Source of the DNA: a virus
Taxonomy: Duplodnaviria > Caudoviricetes
Reading direction: 5' to 3' (one strand)
Virus record (IMG/VR): IMGVR_UViG_3300013383_000028
Span: 18,873 to 82,872 of that record
Length of the DNA stretch: 64,000 nt
Each line of letters opens with the position of its first letter. The stretch's first letter is position 1. Positions 9,799 through 20,228 of this stretch are shown here, piece after piece. The translations under genes and the position numbers were made by a program. The notes below the pieces were generated by a model. It saw nothing but the letters and a program-made list of their open reading frames with translations. It made no database searches and was not told the DNA's origin.

Positions 9799-11022
9799 AT
9801 GCCGAAAATTAATCTGAACAGCGTTCCTACGTCTGTTTTCATGGTCAACGCGTCCAACGATGAGCGCGCTGATATCGTCTCCAAGGGCAGAGTGCTCTTC
9901 TATGAGCATGCTGCGACCGGCAAGTCTGCCATTATGGCGGCAAACGGTCTGAACGCAAACAGCGTGCAGCATATGCTGACCCCGAAGGGCTATAAGGAAC
10001 TGAACGAAAAGTTCCAGTGCGAGCACCTGATGTACGCTGCAAAGGTCTGCTGCGCACAGACCGGCGAGGCCGCACCCGCGAACTTCGATGAGTTCAAGCG
10101 GAACGGCCAGCGGTTCTACGGCAACCCGGCGTTCTACCGTGTCCTTCAGGGCATCTATCAGGAGATCGTCACCCCGATCATCGCTTCCGTCTACTCTGAA
10201 GCTGTCGATCGCTTTGCCGATGTCGTTGAGGTCGGCTTTGGCGAGACCTACGCCATCTCCGTTGGCTCCAACGATATCCCGGTCTTCCAGGATTCCTCTT
10301 GGGGCGCGTCCAGAAGCGTTCCCAGCAACCGCTTCTACTCCAAGGACTATACGCTCAACCCGCAGCCCAAGACCGCACAGATCGTCGCAAAGTGGTTCCA
10401 GCTGGTCGGCAACAATCAGGACTTCGGCGTCTTCTTTGCCAACATCGTCGCTGGCATGTACGCGAAGACCATGGGCATGTGGAATGCCGCTCTGACCGCG
10501 GCTGCCGCAGACACGACCATGATTCCGGCAAACCTGAACTACACGTTCAGCAACCAGAACTGGCTCTCCGCTGCGAACAAGATTGCTGCCCTCAACAACA
10601 CGGTTACGACCAATCTGTTTGCGACCGGCTCTGCTGTCGCTCTCGGCAAGGTTCTCCCCACGCAGGCGACTGGCACCACCAACGTCAACATGGATGCTGC
10701 GCTGGCAATGCTGCTCGGCGAACGCTACAACAGCACTGGCATGCTGGGTGAGTTCCTTGGTGTGCGTCTGATGCCGCTGCGTGATGCTGTCAGCCCGATC
10801 GGCCTGAACACCGCCCCGACTACCATCCTGTCTGCAAACGACATTTGGATGATGGCCGCGAACAGCAGAAAGCCGATGACCATCGCTTACAACTCCGCGA
10901 CGCCCATCACCCTTGAGATCGATCCCACGCGGGCATCTGACTTCTCTGTGGGAATCAATCTCACCATCGCGCTTGATTCTGTCTCTGTGTTTTCTAGCCG
11001 TATTGCCCATTTTACGATTTAA
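9799..11022 (+). CDS. major capsid protein
   Basis: 407 aa, strongest codon bias, canonical position, followed by GC-rich hairpin. Confidence 0.8.
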   Translation: MPKINLNSVPTSVFMVNASNDERADIVSKGRVLFYEHAATGKSAIMAANGLNANSVQHMLTPKGYKELNEKFQCEHLMYAAKVCCAQTGEAAPANFDEFKRNGQRFYGNPAFYRVLQGIYQEIVTPIIASVYSEAVDRFADVVEVGFGETYAISVGSNDIPVFQDSSWGASRSVPSNRFYSKDYTLNPQPKTAQIVAKWFQLVGNNQDFGVFFANIVAGMYAKTMGMWNAALTAAAADTTMIPANLNYTFSNQNWLSAANKIAALNNTVTTNLFATGSAVALGKVLPTQATGTTNVNMDAALAMLLGERYNSTGMLGEFLGVRLMPLRDAVSPIGLNTAPTTILSANDIWMMAANSRKPMTIAYNSATPITLEIDPTRASDFSVGINLTIALDSVSVFSSRIAHFTI

Positions 11023-11074
11023 GCGTTCCTCCTTTTGCGGGGCGGGTATCACCTCCGCCCGTCCCGCAGCATAT

Positions 11075-11121
11075 GGTTCTACATGGCGCAGTAAGAAACG
11101 GTTCGAGTCCGTTCGGAGCCA
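11075..11121 (+). ncRNA. minimal tRNA-like structure (acceptor stem + T arm)
   Basis: GGTTCT/GGAGCC stem enclosing AACGG-TTCGAGT-CCGTT T arm; no anticodon arm. Confidence 0.45.
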
Positions 11122-11166
11122 ACATCAGTGGAGGAAAAGCCATAAAATCTGAAAGGAGTGTGCGAT

Positions 11167-12081
11167 ATGGCTGAAAGCAAGAATACTGGTAAGAAACCCG
11201 GAAGACCGAAGAAGACCCCTGTGGTTGAGGAAGCCAAGGAAGAAGTGGTTTTCTTCGATGTCCCAGAAGAACAGACTGTAAATACCGCGGAGAAAGCAGA
11301 ACTGGCCGAAGAGAATGTTCTGACTGTCAATGCGGATGATGTGACGGGAATCAGCTATGACGGCAGTGAGACCCCGCTGACCGAACTGGCTCCCGAACTG
11401 AAGGGTGAGGAAGTCGAAGTTCCCACGGAAGCAATCGTTCACGAAGAAGCCAAAACACCGCAGGCAGAGCCGACGTTTACGATGGCTGACGTGCAGAAGA
11501 TGGTAGCAGAGGCTGTTGCAAAGGCAACTGCGGAGATTCAGGCAAAGACCACTACCGTCCCGCAGATTGTGCAGGTCGCGAATGATACCGAAATGGTGCA
11601 GTTCCTGTGGCAGGCGGAAGTTTCCGTCGACAATACCATCGCATTCGGCGAGGGCGGAATCTACGGTCAGATCACCGGCAAGACCGGAAGCTTCTATGTC
11701 CCAAAAAGAGACCTGTCCAGAGTGCTTTCGGAACTCAATCGCTACTTCCTGAAGAAGCGTTGGCTGATCGTAGTCTCTGGCCTGAACGAAGAGGAGCGGG
11801 AAGCGCTCGGCGTCAACTATAAAGAAGGGGAGATTCTGGACAAGAAGGCCTTCGCGAAAATGGTTGAACTCGGCGATCAGATGCTGGAAATCTATCCGAA
11901 CCTCTGCGAAGGTCATAAGAAAATGGTCGCGCAGCGGTATGCGGATGCGTACCATGATGGCAGCCCCTACGTGACGAGAGACATCGTGGTCAAGCTCAAT
12001 GAAATGAGCAAGACAGCCAAGAACCAGAAGGGCGATTTCGTCGCCATTATCGAGGAAATGAACGCGCGAGACGCGCAATAA
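11167..12081 (+). CDS. hypothetical virion-associated protein with acidic low-complexity N terminus
   Basis: SD AAGGAG; about 304 aa. Confidence 0.65.
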   Translation: MAESKNTGKKPGRPKKTPVVEEAKEEVVFFDVPEEQTVNTAEKAELAEENVLTVNADDVTGISYDGSETPLTELAPELKGEEVEVPTEAIVHEEAKTPQAEPTFTMADVQKMVAEAVAKATAEIQAKTTTVPQIVQVANDTEMVQFLWQAEVSVDNTIAFGEGGIYGQITGKTGSFYVPKRDLSRVLSELNRYFLKKRWLIVVSGLNEEEREALGVNYKEGEILDKKAFAKMVELGDQMLEIYPNLCEGHKKMVAQRYADAYHDGSPYVTRDIVVKLNEMSKTAKNQKGDFVAIIEEMNARDAQ

Positions 12082-12122
12082 GCATTGCGCCGCATGTGGG
12101 CGCAGGAAAGAGGTATTGAAAC

Positions 12123-13118
12123 ATGAGTAGTCCTATCTATAGTGAGTTTTCCTTTGTGCCTGCGTCCGCATACGCGGCTGGTAAGAACGTTTTGCCGGAT
12201 ATCCGCACGGCAGTCCAGAATAACTTCTCTGGCCTTGAGTGGAGCGGTTCGGAAGCGGATATTCTCGGCGTTGAAATGCAATCTGCGGCGGCTTTTACTG
12301 TGAAGCTCAACCGAGAGACGCAGCTGGCGGCGGTGCAGGAAGGTTCGGTCTATACCGTTAAATACAATGGCCCGATTGAATATGTCGTATTCAGCGCGGC
12401 CACCACGCTCACCTATTTCCACGTTCGGTGGGCAATGCAGAACAAGACGCATGGTGTCGTAACACTCACGACCGTATCTGGCGCTGCAATCTCGCGCGGC
12501 GGATACGAAGTGCCCACCGTTGATACCGGCAAATATGAACTGGCTATTGGCGGCTATGTCCTTACCGCAGACGGCGTAAGAACGACGTTCTTCTATAACC
12601 TTGAAAGCACTCTGACTGTGAGATTCAGCATTGAAAGTGCTGATGTGACGGTCGGACCTGCGCTGACCTATACGGGCGGTGAACAGGAAAAAACTGTGAC
12701 AAGCGTGAAAGTGGGCACAAAGACCCTTACCGTCAACACCGACTACACTGTGTCTGGCAATACAGGCACAAACGCCGGCGCATACTCTCTGAGAATCGAC
12801 GGTATTGGCAGCTACAAGGGCACAATCATCGCCCCGTGGACAATCGCAAAGGCAGCGGCTGGACTGAGCGTTACGCCGGAAGCCCTTGATATGTCTGCCG
12901 GCGCAAGCGATACCTTCAAGATCGCGACCAGTTCCAACGGAACGATGCACATTGAGAACAGCAATCCGGATGTCGCATCGTTTGGAGAAGTGGACGAAAG
13001 CTCGAACGTCACAGTGGAAGCGCTGGCTGCGGGTGAGACGGTTATCACTGTCGCGCAGGATGAAAACGAAAACTATCTGGCAGGACAGGCACAATGCACT
13101 GTCACTGTCGCGGCTTAA
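12123..13118 (+). CDS. Ig-like domain virion protein
   Basis: T/V/G-rich beta repeats (DYTVSGNTGTNAGAYSLRIDGIGSYKG; SSNPDVAS-type Big_2 motif). Confidence 0.6.
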   Translation: MSSPIYSEFSFVPASAYAAGKNVLPDIRTAVQNNFSGLEWSGSEADILGVEMQSAAAFTVKLNRETQLAAVQEGSVYTVKYNGPIEYVVFSAATTLTYFHVRWAMQNKTHGVVTLTTVSGAAISRGGYEVPTVDTGKYELAIGGYVLTADGVRTTFFYNLESTLTVRFSIESADVTVGPALTYTGGEQEKTVTSVKVGTKTLTVNTDYTVSGNTGTNAGAYSLRIDGIGSYKGTIIAPWTIAKAAAGLSVTPEALDMSAGASDTFKIATSSNGTMHIENSNPDVASFGEVDESSNVTVEALAAGETVITVAQDENENYLAGQAQCTVTVAA

Positions 13119-13141
13119 TATAGAAAGGCGGCGGTCACATC

Positions 13142-13291
13142 ATGGACAGCAAGGAACGAATTGAAGCTCTGTGCGGCATCATTGAATCTCTTTTGCTTCT
13201 CATTGAAGATGAGACTGCCGCCGACTGTATCCGGGAGGAATACCGAAACACGATGGACAATTCTTCCTATGAGAAGGAGGAATGGGACTGA
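13142..13291 (+). CDS. small hypothetical protein (49 aa)
   Basis: MDSKERIEALCGIIESLLLLIEDE..., stop overlaps next start. Confidence 0.5.
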   Translation: MDSKERIEALCGIIESLLLLIEDETAADCIREEYRNTMDNSSYEKEEWD

Positions 13292-14004
13292 TGGGGACCT
13301 CTTGGAGCGATATCATTACAAATCATGCCATGGTCATCATCGGCGATGAGCGAATGACGGATGACCTCAGAACTGATGCGGCGCTTTTCTTTCGCCGTAT
13401 GAGCGCTTGGGTCGGTATGGCAATCCCAATGCTGAAAAGCCCGCCTGAACTGCAAGCGTACCTGACGGACGGGCTTGTAGAGCCACAATACGCCGATTTC
13501 GACTGGGTAAGCGACCAGACCAGCACAACGCAGGAAACGGTCCTGCAAACCGGCAAGATCGGCTATGAGCTGTGCAGCTGTGTGACAGTGCAGTATGCGC
13601 GGAATGGAGACGCAACGTTCTTCCCGTGCTTGGACTTCACGTATGACGCAGAAACCGGAACTGTGACATTCCCTCAGCAGGATAACGCGGGAACCGAGTA
13701 CCGGCTGGACTTCTATACGGACGGCCAGTTCCCACATGATCTGACGCTCCGGCAGAAGCGGCTTCTTGGACTGGCAATCGCGGTGACGTGGGATAACCGG
13801 TTCAACAGAGAATGGCTGAACATTCAGCCGAAGGTCAAGGACAAGAGCTTCAACACACCGAACGAGAACACGACGATGAAGGAATCGACCGCGCGGTATA
13901 AGGAAAACTTGCAGGTTTTCTATTCGGAACTGCGCGGGTACGAACAGGAATGCGCCTACATGAACAGGGTGAATCCCATGCGGCGCGTGTTTTCCATGCT
14001 GTGA
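13291..14004 (+). CDS. putative head-tail adaptor
   Basis: Synteny after capsid block. Confidence 0.45.
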   Translation: MGTSWSDIITNHAMVIIGDERMTDDLRTDAALFFRRMSAWVGMAIPMLKSPPELQAYLTDGLVEPQYADFDWVSDQTSTTQETVLQTGKIGYELCSCVTVQYARNGDATFFPCLDFTYDAETGTVTFPQQDNAGTEYRLDFYTDGQFPHDLTLRQKRLLGLAIAVTWDNRFNREWLNIQPKVKDKSFNTPNENTTMKESTARYKENLQVFYSELRGYEQECAYMNRVNPMRRVFSML

Positions 14005-14032
14005 TGACGAAACGAAAGGACGGTTTGACATC

Positions 14033-15352
14033 ATGCCGATCTCAGACAATATCAAGAACGGCCTGATCGCATCCGGCCGACTGAAAACAGCAATCAGAAA
14101 CGCACCGGCGCAATATGGCGACCGTCAGCGGCAGTACCTTGGAGACCCAAGCACAGAGTTTGTGCATCAGTACGCAAAATACGCGACGGATTTCTTCGCG
14201 GCGCGTGTACAGGGATTGAACCCGGATGCACCATATGAGTGGGAGACCACTTATATCCGCATGGCCGATATCGCGCCGGAGACTGCTTCAACGCTCCGTA
14301 AGCAGGATGACTACAAGAACATCATGTTTGCGGATGAAAGCATCGAATACGTGCCGGAAGGTACGAAAATCGAAGCCATGGGCAGCATCTGGCTGGTCAC
14401 AAACCCGCAGAACATCTCCAATGCGATTGGCGGCGGCGTCATCCAGCGCTGCCGGTCCACATGGAACCATCTGGACTGGTACGGAAACCTGCTGCAGGAA
14501 CCGCTCTGCGTAGAAAAGGCTATCCTGACCGCGAATGACAGCGATATGCAGGAGTATGCCCTTATCACCAAAGGCTACGTCAATATCACCTGCCAGAGAA
14601 ATGAGCACACGAAGAATCTGAACACCAACAGCCGCATGATTCTCGGCTCTTCGGCGTTCCGGATCACGGGCTTCGGCGATTACGCGCAGGAGTTCACCGG
14701 CAATTACGATTCCGTCAGGCTCCTTGAGTTCACGGCCAGATATGAGCCACCAAATGAAGAAATAGATGACATGGAACGCCACGTGGCTGGCGGCAAGACG
14801 TTTTCTTGGGAAATCCGAGTGAACGGACAACCCAAAATAAAAGCCGGTCAGAAAGCTGTGCTGACCGCCACAAGCGTTCGCTGCGGCGAGTATGCGGCAA
14901 GCACGGAACAGAACCCCGTAAACTACATTTGGACTTCGAATGATGAATTGATAGCATCCGTAAGACCAGATGGGCTTGTTACGGCGATTTCTGGCGGAAA
15001 ATGTGCGATCCGCTGCACACTCGCGCAGAATCAGGATATTTTTATGGACTATGAATTGATGGTGGAACCTGTTTCTGAAGAACCAGAAATCGCGTTCCTT
15101 GGAACTATCCCACAAAGACTAAAGATGTATGAAAGCGCAACAATCACAGCCGCGTATTTCGAAAACGGTGAGCAGACAGATAGCGTGGTTCACTATGAGT
15201 TTGAAGGTGCTGACGCTATGGCATACAGCGCAGAAGTAAGTGGAAATGCTGTGACGGTTACGTGCTGGCGCGGTAATACGCTTCCCCTGACTGTTACAGC
15301 CGCGTATGGAGATCTTCGCGTAAGTGCCGATATTGAGCTGGAGGGTATTTGA
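14033..15352 (+). CDS. putative head closure protein with Ig-like domains
   Basis: C-terminal WTSNDELIASVRPDGLVTAISGG Big_2-type motif; synteny. Confidence 0.5.
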   Translation: MPISDNIKNGLIASGRLKTAIRNAPAQYGDRQRQYLGDPSTEFVHQYAKYATDFFAARVQGLNPDAPYEWETTYIRMADIAPETASTLRKQDDYKNIMFADESIEYVPEGTKIEAMGSIWLVTNPQNISNAIGGGVIQRCRSTWNHLDWYGNLLQEPLCVEKAILTANDSDMQEYALITKGYVNITCQRNEHTKNLNTNSRMILGSSAFRITGFGDYAQEFTGNYDSVRLLEFTARYEPPNEEIDDMERHVAGGKTFSWEIRVNGQPKIKAGQKAVLTATSVRCGEYAASTEQNPVNYIWTSNDELIASVRPDGLVTAISGGKCAIRCTLAQNQDIFMDYELMVEPVSEEPEIAFLGTIPQRLKMYESATITAAYFENGEQTDSVVHYEFEGADAMAYSAEVSGNAVTVTCWRGNTLPLTVTAAYGDLRVSADIELEGI

Positions 15353-16995
15353 TGGCGACTTCTATAATGCAAGGTGACAAGTACGCAATCCCGTTTGTGC
15401 TGCAAGCACTGGATGGCACGCTTATCACGCCCGATGTGGTGAATACTGTAATTCTGAACCTTGGCAGCTTTTCACGGCAATATCCCGGAGACGTTACATA
15501 TGAAAACGGGAAGTGGCTCATGCCGCTTGCGCAGAAACAGACCTTTGCGATGCGTGGGTTCGTAGAGCCACAGGCAAGAGTTGAGTTTTCGGACGGAAGC
15601 ATCTTCGGTGGAGCCGGTGATGCCATTGATGTTACAAAAGCTCTGAGCCTCGGCATTGTCGGAACTGACGGAAAAAAAGGCAGCACAATAAGCAAGAACT
15701 CCACCAAAAATTCAGGCGCAACCGGAATGATCTTCATTCGCATCAATGCGGCCGGGGTTGAAGTTACACTCAACGGCGCAGTGCGATACGATACGCCGCA
15801 GGAACTTACAGAGGAACAGAAAGAACAAGCACGGAAGAACATCGGGGCGGATAAAGCTGGAACGGGCGCAGTTCTGTACGATCAGGCACAGGATTTGACC
15901 GCTGAACAGAAATTACAGGCGAGAGAAAACATCGGAGCTGGAACGTCTGACTTCGACGGCTCGTACAACAGTTTGACCGACAAACCGGAACCGTATGAAC
16001 TTCCAACCGCTAGTGAAGAAGCCCTTGGCGGCGTAAAAGCGATTCCGAAGGCCGACGAGATGACTGAACAGGTCGGTATCGACGAGAACGGTACGCTCTG
16101 GTACAAACCGGGAAGCGGAGGCGCTACTGCTACACCAACTGCGGACGAAGTCCTTTTTACGAAAGACCTTATACTTACGGAACAGTTCGGACGCTATACG
16201 CCGGTGAACGGCAAAGTAACTGTGCCGGCAGAAGAAAAGAGCGTACAGGCGGTTATCTTAAACGCATTCTCACAGGACAAAAATCCAACGATCACACAGC
16301 CAACGATAGGCATTACCTTCACTCCCGGAAAAGCCTACGAGGTTGGAACTCCTGTTACGGTCACATACGCCGGTACATTTAACCCCGGAAATTACTCATA
16401 CGGGCCTGATACTGGCATCACAGTAAGCGCGTGGAAGTCCACAAACAACGTTACGGATGAGACACTAGATACTCAAAGCGGAACATTTGCGAACTATGTG
16501 GTTGCGGATGGAGCCAATTACCGGGTAACAGTGAAGGGCACATACACGGACGGCGCAATTCCGCTGACTGCGCTTGGCGCAGAATATGCCGAAGGTCAAA
16601 TCAAAGGCGGCAGCAAGACGGCGACCAGCTCGGCGATTACCGGATATAGAAATTCATTCTACGGCACAACGACCGACAAGGAAGCAACAACGGACAGCGC
16701 CATTATTCGCGGACTTGCGCAGAAGTCCAACCGGGCATATACAAATGGCTCCACATTCACCGTAAATGTACCTGTAGGTGCACTGCGCGTCATTATCGCT
16801 TACCCCGCGACGCTGCGCGATTTAACGAGTGTCAAGGACGTGAACGGAATGAACGCCGATATCACGTCAGCGTTCGTACAGTCAACGGTCGATGTTGAAG
16901 GCGCATCCTCGTATCTTGCAATTCCGTACAAGGTTTATACGCAAGACTTCGCAAACCCAAACGATGTGAATGACACGTACACAGTCACAATCTGA
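15349..16995 (+). CDS. putative fibre/collar structural protein
   Basis: Tandem AVxYD-QxLTxEQK-QARxNIGA fibre repeats, T-rich beta C terminus. Confidence 0.55.
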   Translation: MMATSIMQGDKYAIPFVLQALDGTLITPDVVNTVILNLGSFSRQYPGDVTYENGKWLMPLAQKQTFAMRGFVEPQARVEFSDGSIFGGAGDAIDVTKALSLGIVGTDGKKGSTISKNSTKNSGATGMIFIRINAAGVEVTLNGAVRYDTPQELTEEQKEQARKNIGADKAGTGAVLYDQAQDLTAEQKLQARENIGAGTSDFDGSYNSLTDKPEPYELPTASEEALGGVKAIPKADEMTEQVGIDENGTLWYKPGSGGATATPTADEVLFTKDLILTEQFGRYTPVNGKVTVPAEEKSVQAVILNAFSQDKNPTITQPTIGITFTPGKAYEVGTPVTVTYAGTFNPGNYSYGPDTGITVSAWKSTNNVTDETLDTQSGTFANYVVADGANYRVTVKGTYTDGAIPLTALGAEYAEGQIKGGSKTATSSAITGYRNSFYGTTTDKEATTDSAIIRGLAQKSNRAYTNGSTFTVNVPVGALRVIIAYPATLRDLTSVKDVNGMNADITSAFVQSTVDVEGASSYLAIPYKVYTQDFANPNDVNDTYTVTI

Positions 16996-17013
16996 GCGGA
17001 AGGAGGAGTGTAG

Positions 17014-17472
17014 ATGGCGATTACCAGTATACCGAAAACAAACATGAGCGTATCGTTTGCGATGACGTCAGCGATACCAGCAGAGTACAATGCCTACTTC
17101 AACTCCCTCGAAGAAGCAGAGGCAGCTGCCGCCATGGCTGGGCCTCCGGGTTCCACAAACACTGTATACTACTACTGTCAAGTGCTTCACGTTCTGACAG
17201 ATACAACGGCAGACCTCTACGTAATCCAGCCAAATAAGACTTTGAAGTACATTGGCTCGGATGCATCAGGCGGTTCAGATAAAAGTTTTGTGTTTACGCA
17301 AAGCGTAGCGGCTGCAAAATGGGAAATTCAACACAATTTGGACAAATACCCGTCCGTATCTATCGTGGACAGCGCAGGAACAGAAGTAGTAGGAGACGTG
17401 CAGTATACAGATCAAAACAACATTGTGATACTGTTTACCGCGCCGTTTTCCGGAAAAGCATATCTCAACTAA
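17014..17472 (+). CDS. hypothetical structural protein
   Basis: SD GGAGG; C-terminal W.I.HNL.KYPSV...D motif common in phage fibre modules. Confidence 0.55.
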   Translation: MAITSIPKTNMSVSFAMTSAIPAEYNAYFNSLEEAEAAAAMAGPPGSTNTVYYYCQVLHVLTDTTADLYVIQPNKTLKYIGSDASGGSDKSFVFTQSVAAAKWEIQHNLDKYPSVSIVDSAGTEVVGDVQYTDQNNIVILFTAPFSGKAYLN

Positions 17473-17496
17473 ATTTATGAGAAGGAGAAATTACTC

Positions 17497-19029
17497 ATGA
17501 GCAGAAACGTACTTACGAACCTCGACCTCAACAAAAACGAACTCCAAAATGCAGTAATCCAGCCGCTGGCTACTGCGCCCGCGAACCCTAAACTTGGTCA
17601 GATCTATACGAACTCCCAAGACAAGGTCATCTACAGATATGATGGCACGAAGTGGGGACCCGTAGGTGTTGTCTACGAGCAGGAAGGCGGCACTGGCGCG
17701 GTTATCGTTGGCCTCGATGCGGAAGGCAATGTTACCACCAAAAAGGTCGTTGAACTGACCCTGACGGACTATACGCCGATTGAGGACGGCTATGTTGCAG
17801 CTGGCGATACCATCCAGAAAGCAATTGCAGCCCTCGACACCGCCGTTAAAAATGCGGTCGCCGGTGGCGGTGAAGTCAACCAGAACGCATTTTCTAACAT
17901 CACTATCCCCGTTCAGAGCACGAATGACACGACCGAAGTTGCGGGACAGACTGATAGCGCCACGGTTTCCGCTACCAGCAAGACCGACACGTTTACGGTC
18001 GCGTCCGGTGACAAGTGGGTTCACGTCAATGCCGATGACACGACCAAGATTATCACGCTCGGCCATGCGTTCTCTGGCGCTACCGCCGGTAATTACGGTG
18101 ATGCGACCCACACGGTTTCTATCACGGTTGACAAGGCTGGCCACATCACGGCGGCAGAAGTTGTAGAAATTGTCGGCGCACAGTACATTGCCGGTTTGAC
18201 CTCCGACGTGCAGGAACAGCTCGATTCCAAGATTCCTGCATCCGAAAAGGGCAAGGCAAATGGCGTTGCGACGCTTGGCGAAGACGGCCTCGTTCCCGCC
18301 GCACAGCTGCCCAGCTACGTCGATGACGTTGTGGAAGCGTATATTGTCGGCGAAACTCCTCTTGCGGCTGATTGGCTGTCCACGACCGCCGATGGTGCGG
18401 CACTGACTCCGGAAACTGGAAAGATCTACGTCATCATGACGGAAGGGGCATACCAGAACAAGCAGTACCGTTGGGGCGGCACGACCTATGTTCTCTGCAA
18501 CCCGTCTGACGTGAACTCTGTCAACGGTAAGACCGGCGTTGTTGTTCTGACACAGGATGATATCGGCGAGGGCACGACCTACACGCAGTTCAGCAAGACC
18601 GACAAGTCCAAGCTCGACGATATCGCAGAGGGCGCGACGAACAACACCATTACGCTCAACGGCACGGAGACTGCGAACCCGTCGTTCTTTGCACCGATCG
18701 ATGCCGGTACTGCCGGTCAAGTGCTGATTTCCAACGGCGAGGGTCAAGCTCCCACTTGGCAGGAAGCTCCTGAAAAGCTGCACAAGTACACCATCACCAA
18801 CCCGGCCATCACGGCAAGCGGCGGCGCATTCACGTGGGCAATTGCCGCACAGTCGAATGGCCCAGCGACTCCGATGCTGGTTCAGGTCTATGAAGTTGCT
18901 ACGAACGCTATGGTTCTGGCCGATGTTCAGGTCAACTCTGATAGCAGCATTTCCATCATCATTAACCAGACCGATACGGCGGTCACTTCGCTTACTGCGG
19001 GCACGTATCGTGCGGTAGCTATCGGCTGA
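17497..19029 (+). CDS. putative tail/side fibre protein
   Basis: NGVATLGEDGLVPAAQLPSYVDDV and SVNGKTGVVVL fibre motifs. Confidence 0.6.
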   Translation: MSRNVLTNLDLNKNELQNAVIQPLATAPANPKLGQIYTNSQDKVIYRYDGTKWGPVGVVYEQEGGTGAVIVGLDAEGNVTTKKVVELTLTDYTPIEDGYVAAGDTIQKAIAALDTAVKNAVAGGGEVNQNAFSNITIPVQSTNDTTEVAGQTDSATVSATSKTDTFTVASGDKWVHVNADDTTKIITLGHAFSGATAGNYGDATHTVSITVDKAGHITAAEVVEIVGAQYIAGLTSDVQEQLDSKIPASEKGKANGVATLGEDGLVPAAQLPSYVDDVVEAYIVGETPLAADWLSTTADGAALTPETGKIYVIMTEGAYQNKQYRWGGTTYVLCNPSDVNSVNGKTGVVVLTQDDIGEGTTYTQFSKTDKSKLDDIAEGATNNTITLNGTETANPSFFAPIDAGTAGQVLISNGEGQAPTWQEAPEKLHKYTITNPAITASGGAFTWAIAAQSNGPATPMLVQVYEVATNAMVLADVQVNSDSSISIIINQTDTAVTSLTAGTYRAVAIG

Positions 19030-19081
19030 TGAAGCAATGCCTCCCGCGTGAAATACCGTGGGAGGCTAACTTGGAGGAACT

Positions 19082-20212
19082 ATGAAGAATTTAAGTCGAT
19101 ACGATGAAAATTTATCCGTCCCGCGCAAGCAGGACGTGGATGACAAGCAGGCAAAAATCGATGTAGCCGGAATCCTCAAGGGGACTGGCGATGGTGGCGT
19201 AGAAGCAGCAGTGCCGGGCACGGATTATCTGGCCGAATCTGACATTTATATCTGCACAGTGACCGCATCCGGCACAATCTACACTGCGGACAAAACACCG
19301 ACAGAATTACTTGCGGCTTCGAATGCTGGAAAAATCGTAGTTGCAACACTTAACAACGCCGTATATTTTTTAGCGGGTGGCAACGTTCAGATTGTAAGGT
19401 TTGCACGGATATTAGGTACAAATGTTTATACTATGCAAGTTACGGCCACAGGCACTGCATCTTTACTAACTGTCAAGATACAGGAATCCGCCCTAATCAC
19501 TAACCTTGAGACGAATAAAACCAGCGATATAACTTATCCATCATCAAAGGCGGTATGGGATGCAATCAATCATCCTGATGCCAAGACAGATGAGCAAACG
19601 CAAACAGTTGGTGTCGATGCGGACGGTAAGCTCTGGACTGCACCAAGTACTGAGCCAGATGTTTTTACTGGTGCGGATGCAACAACCACAGGTTCGGCTG
19701 GCATCGTTCCCGCACCGACAGCAGGAGCACAAGCAAGATTTCTAAAGGGCGACGGCACATGGGCTGATTTGCCAAGCGCCAGCACAGGAGCAAGAGGCGT
19801 CACGTATCTTGTAGATTCCTACACGAGGACGGATACGGACAAGGCTGTTACTCCCAAGGCGCTGAACAATGTATACAAGCTCATCCCGGTAAAAGTAAGT
19901 CAGCTCGAAAATGACAGTGGCTATATTACAATTGCAGCTGTTCCTACCAAAACTAGTGAGCTTGAGAACGATAGCGGGTTCATTACATTTGCCCCAGTCA
20001 CCAGCGTTAATGGCGAAACTGGTAATGTAGTTTTGGAGGCGAGTGATGTAGGTGCGGCAACTACAGGCAATATTCAGGCATATATTAACCGCACTAGCGC
20101 GGTCGATGAACCAAACACTAGTTATACATCATATATGGCTAGAGGAGAGGCATTGTACGGTTATGAGGCTACTCCATCTGCGAACGGCTGCATTGCCTGG
20201 CAATACGAGTGA
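19082..20212 (+). CDS. putative tail fibre protein
   Basis: GILKGTGDGGVEAAVPGTDY, AGIVPAP...RFLKGDGTW, VTSVNGETGNVVL motifs. Confidence 0.6.
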   Translation: MKNLSRYDENLSVPRKQDVDDKQAKIDVAGILKGTGDGGVEAAVPGTDYLAESDIYICTVTASGTIYTADKTPTELLAASNAGKIVVATLNNAVYFLAGGNVQIVRFARILGTNVYTMQVTATGTASLLTVKIQESALITNLETNKTSDITYPSSKAVWDAINHPDAKTDEQTQTVGVDADGKLWTAPSTEPDVFTGADATTTGSAGIVPAPTAGAQARFLKGDGTWADLPSASTGARGVTYLVDSYTRTDTDKAVTPKALNNVYKLIPVKVSQLENDSGYITIAAVPTKTSELENDSGFITFAPVTSVNGETGNVVLEASDVGAATTGNIQAYINRTSAVDEPNTSYTSYMARGEALYGYEATPSANGCIAWQYE

Positions 20213-20228
20213 TGAGTGAGGTGATAGC

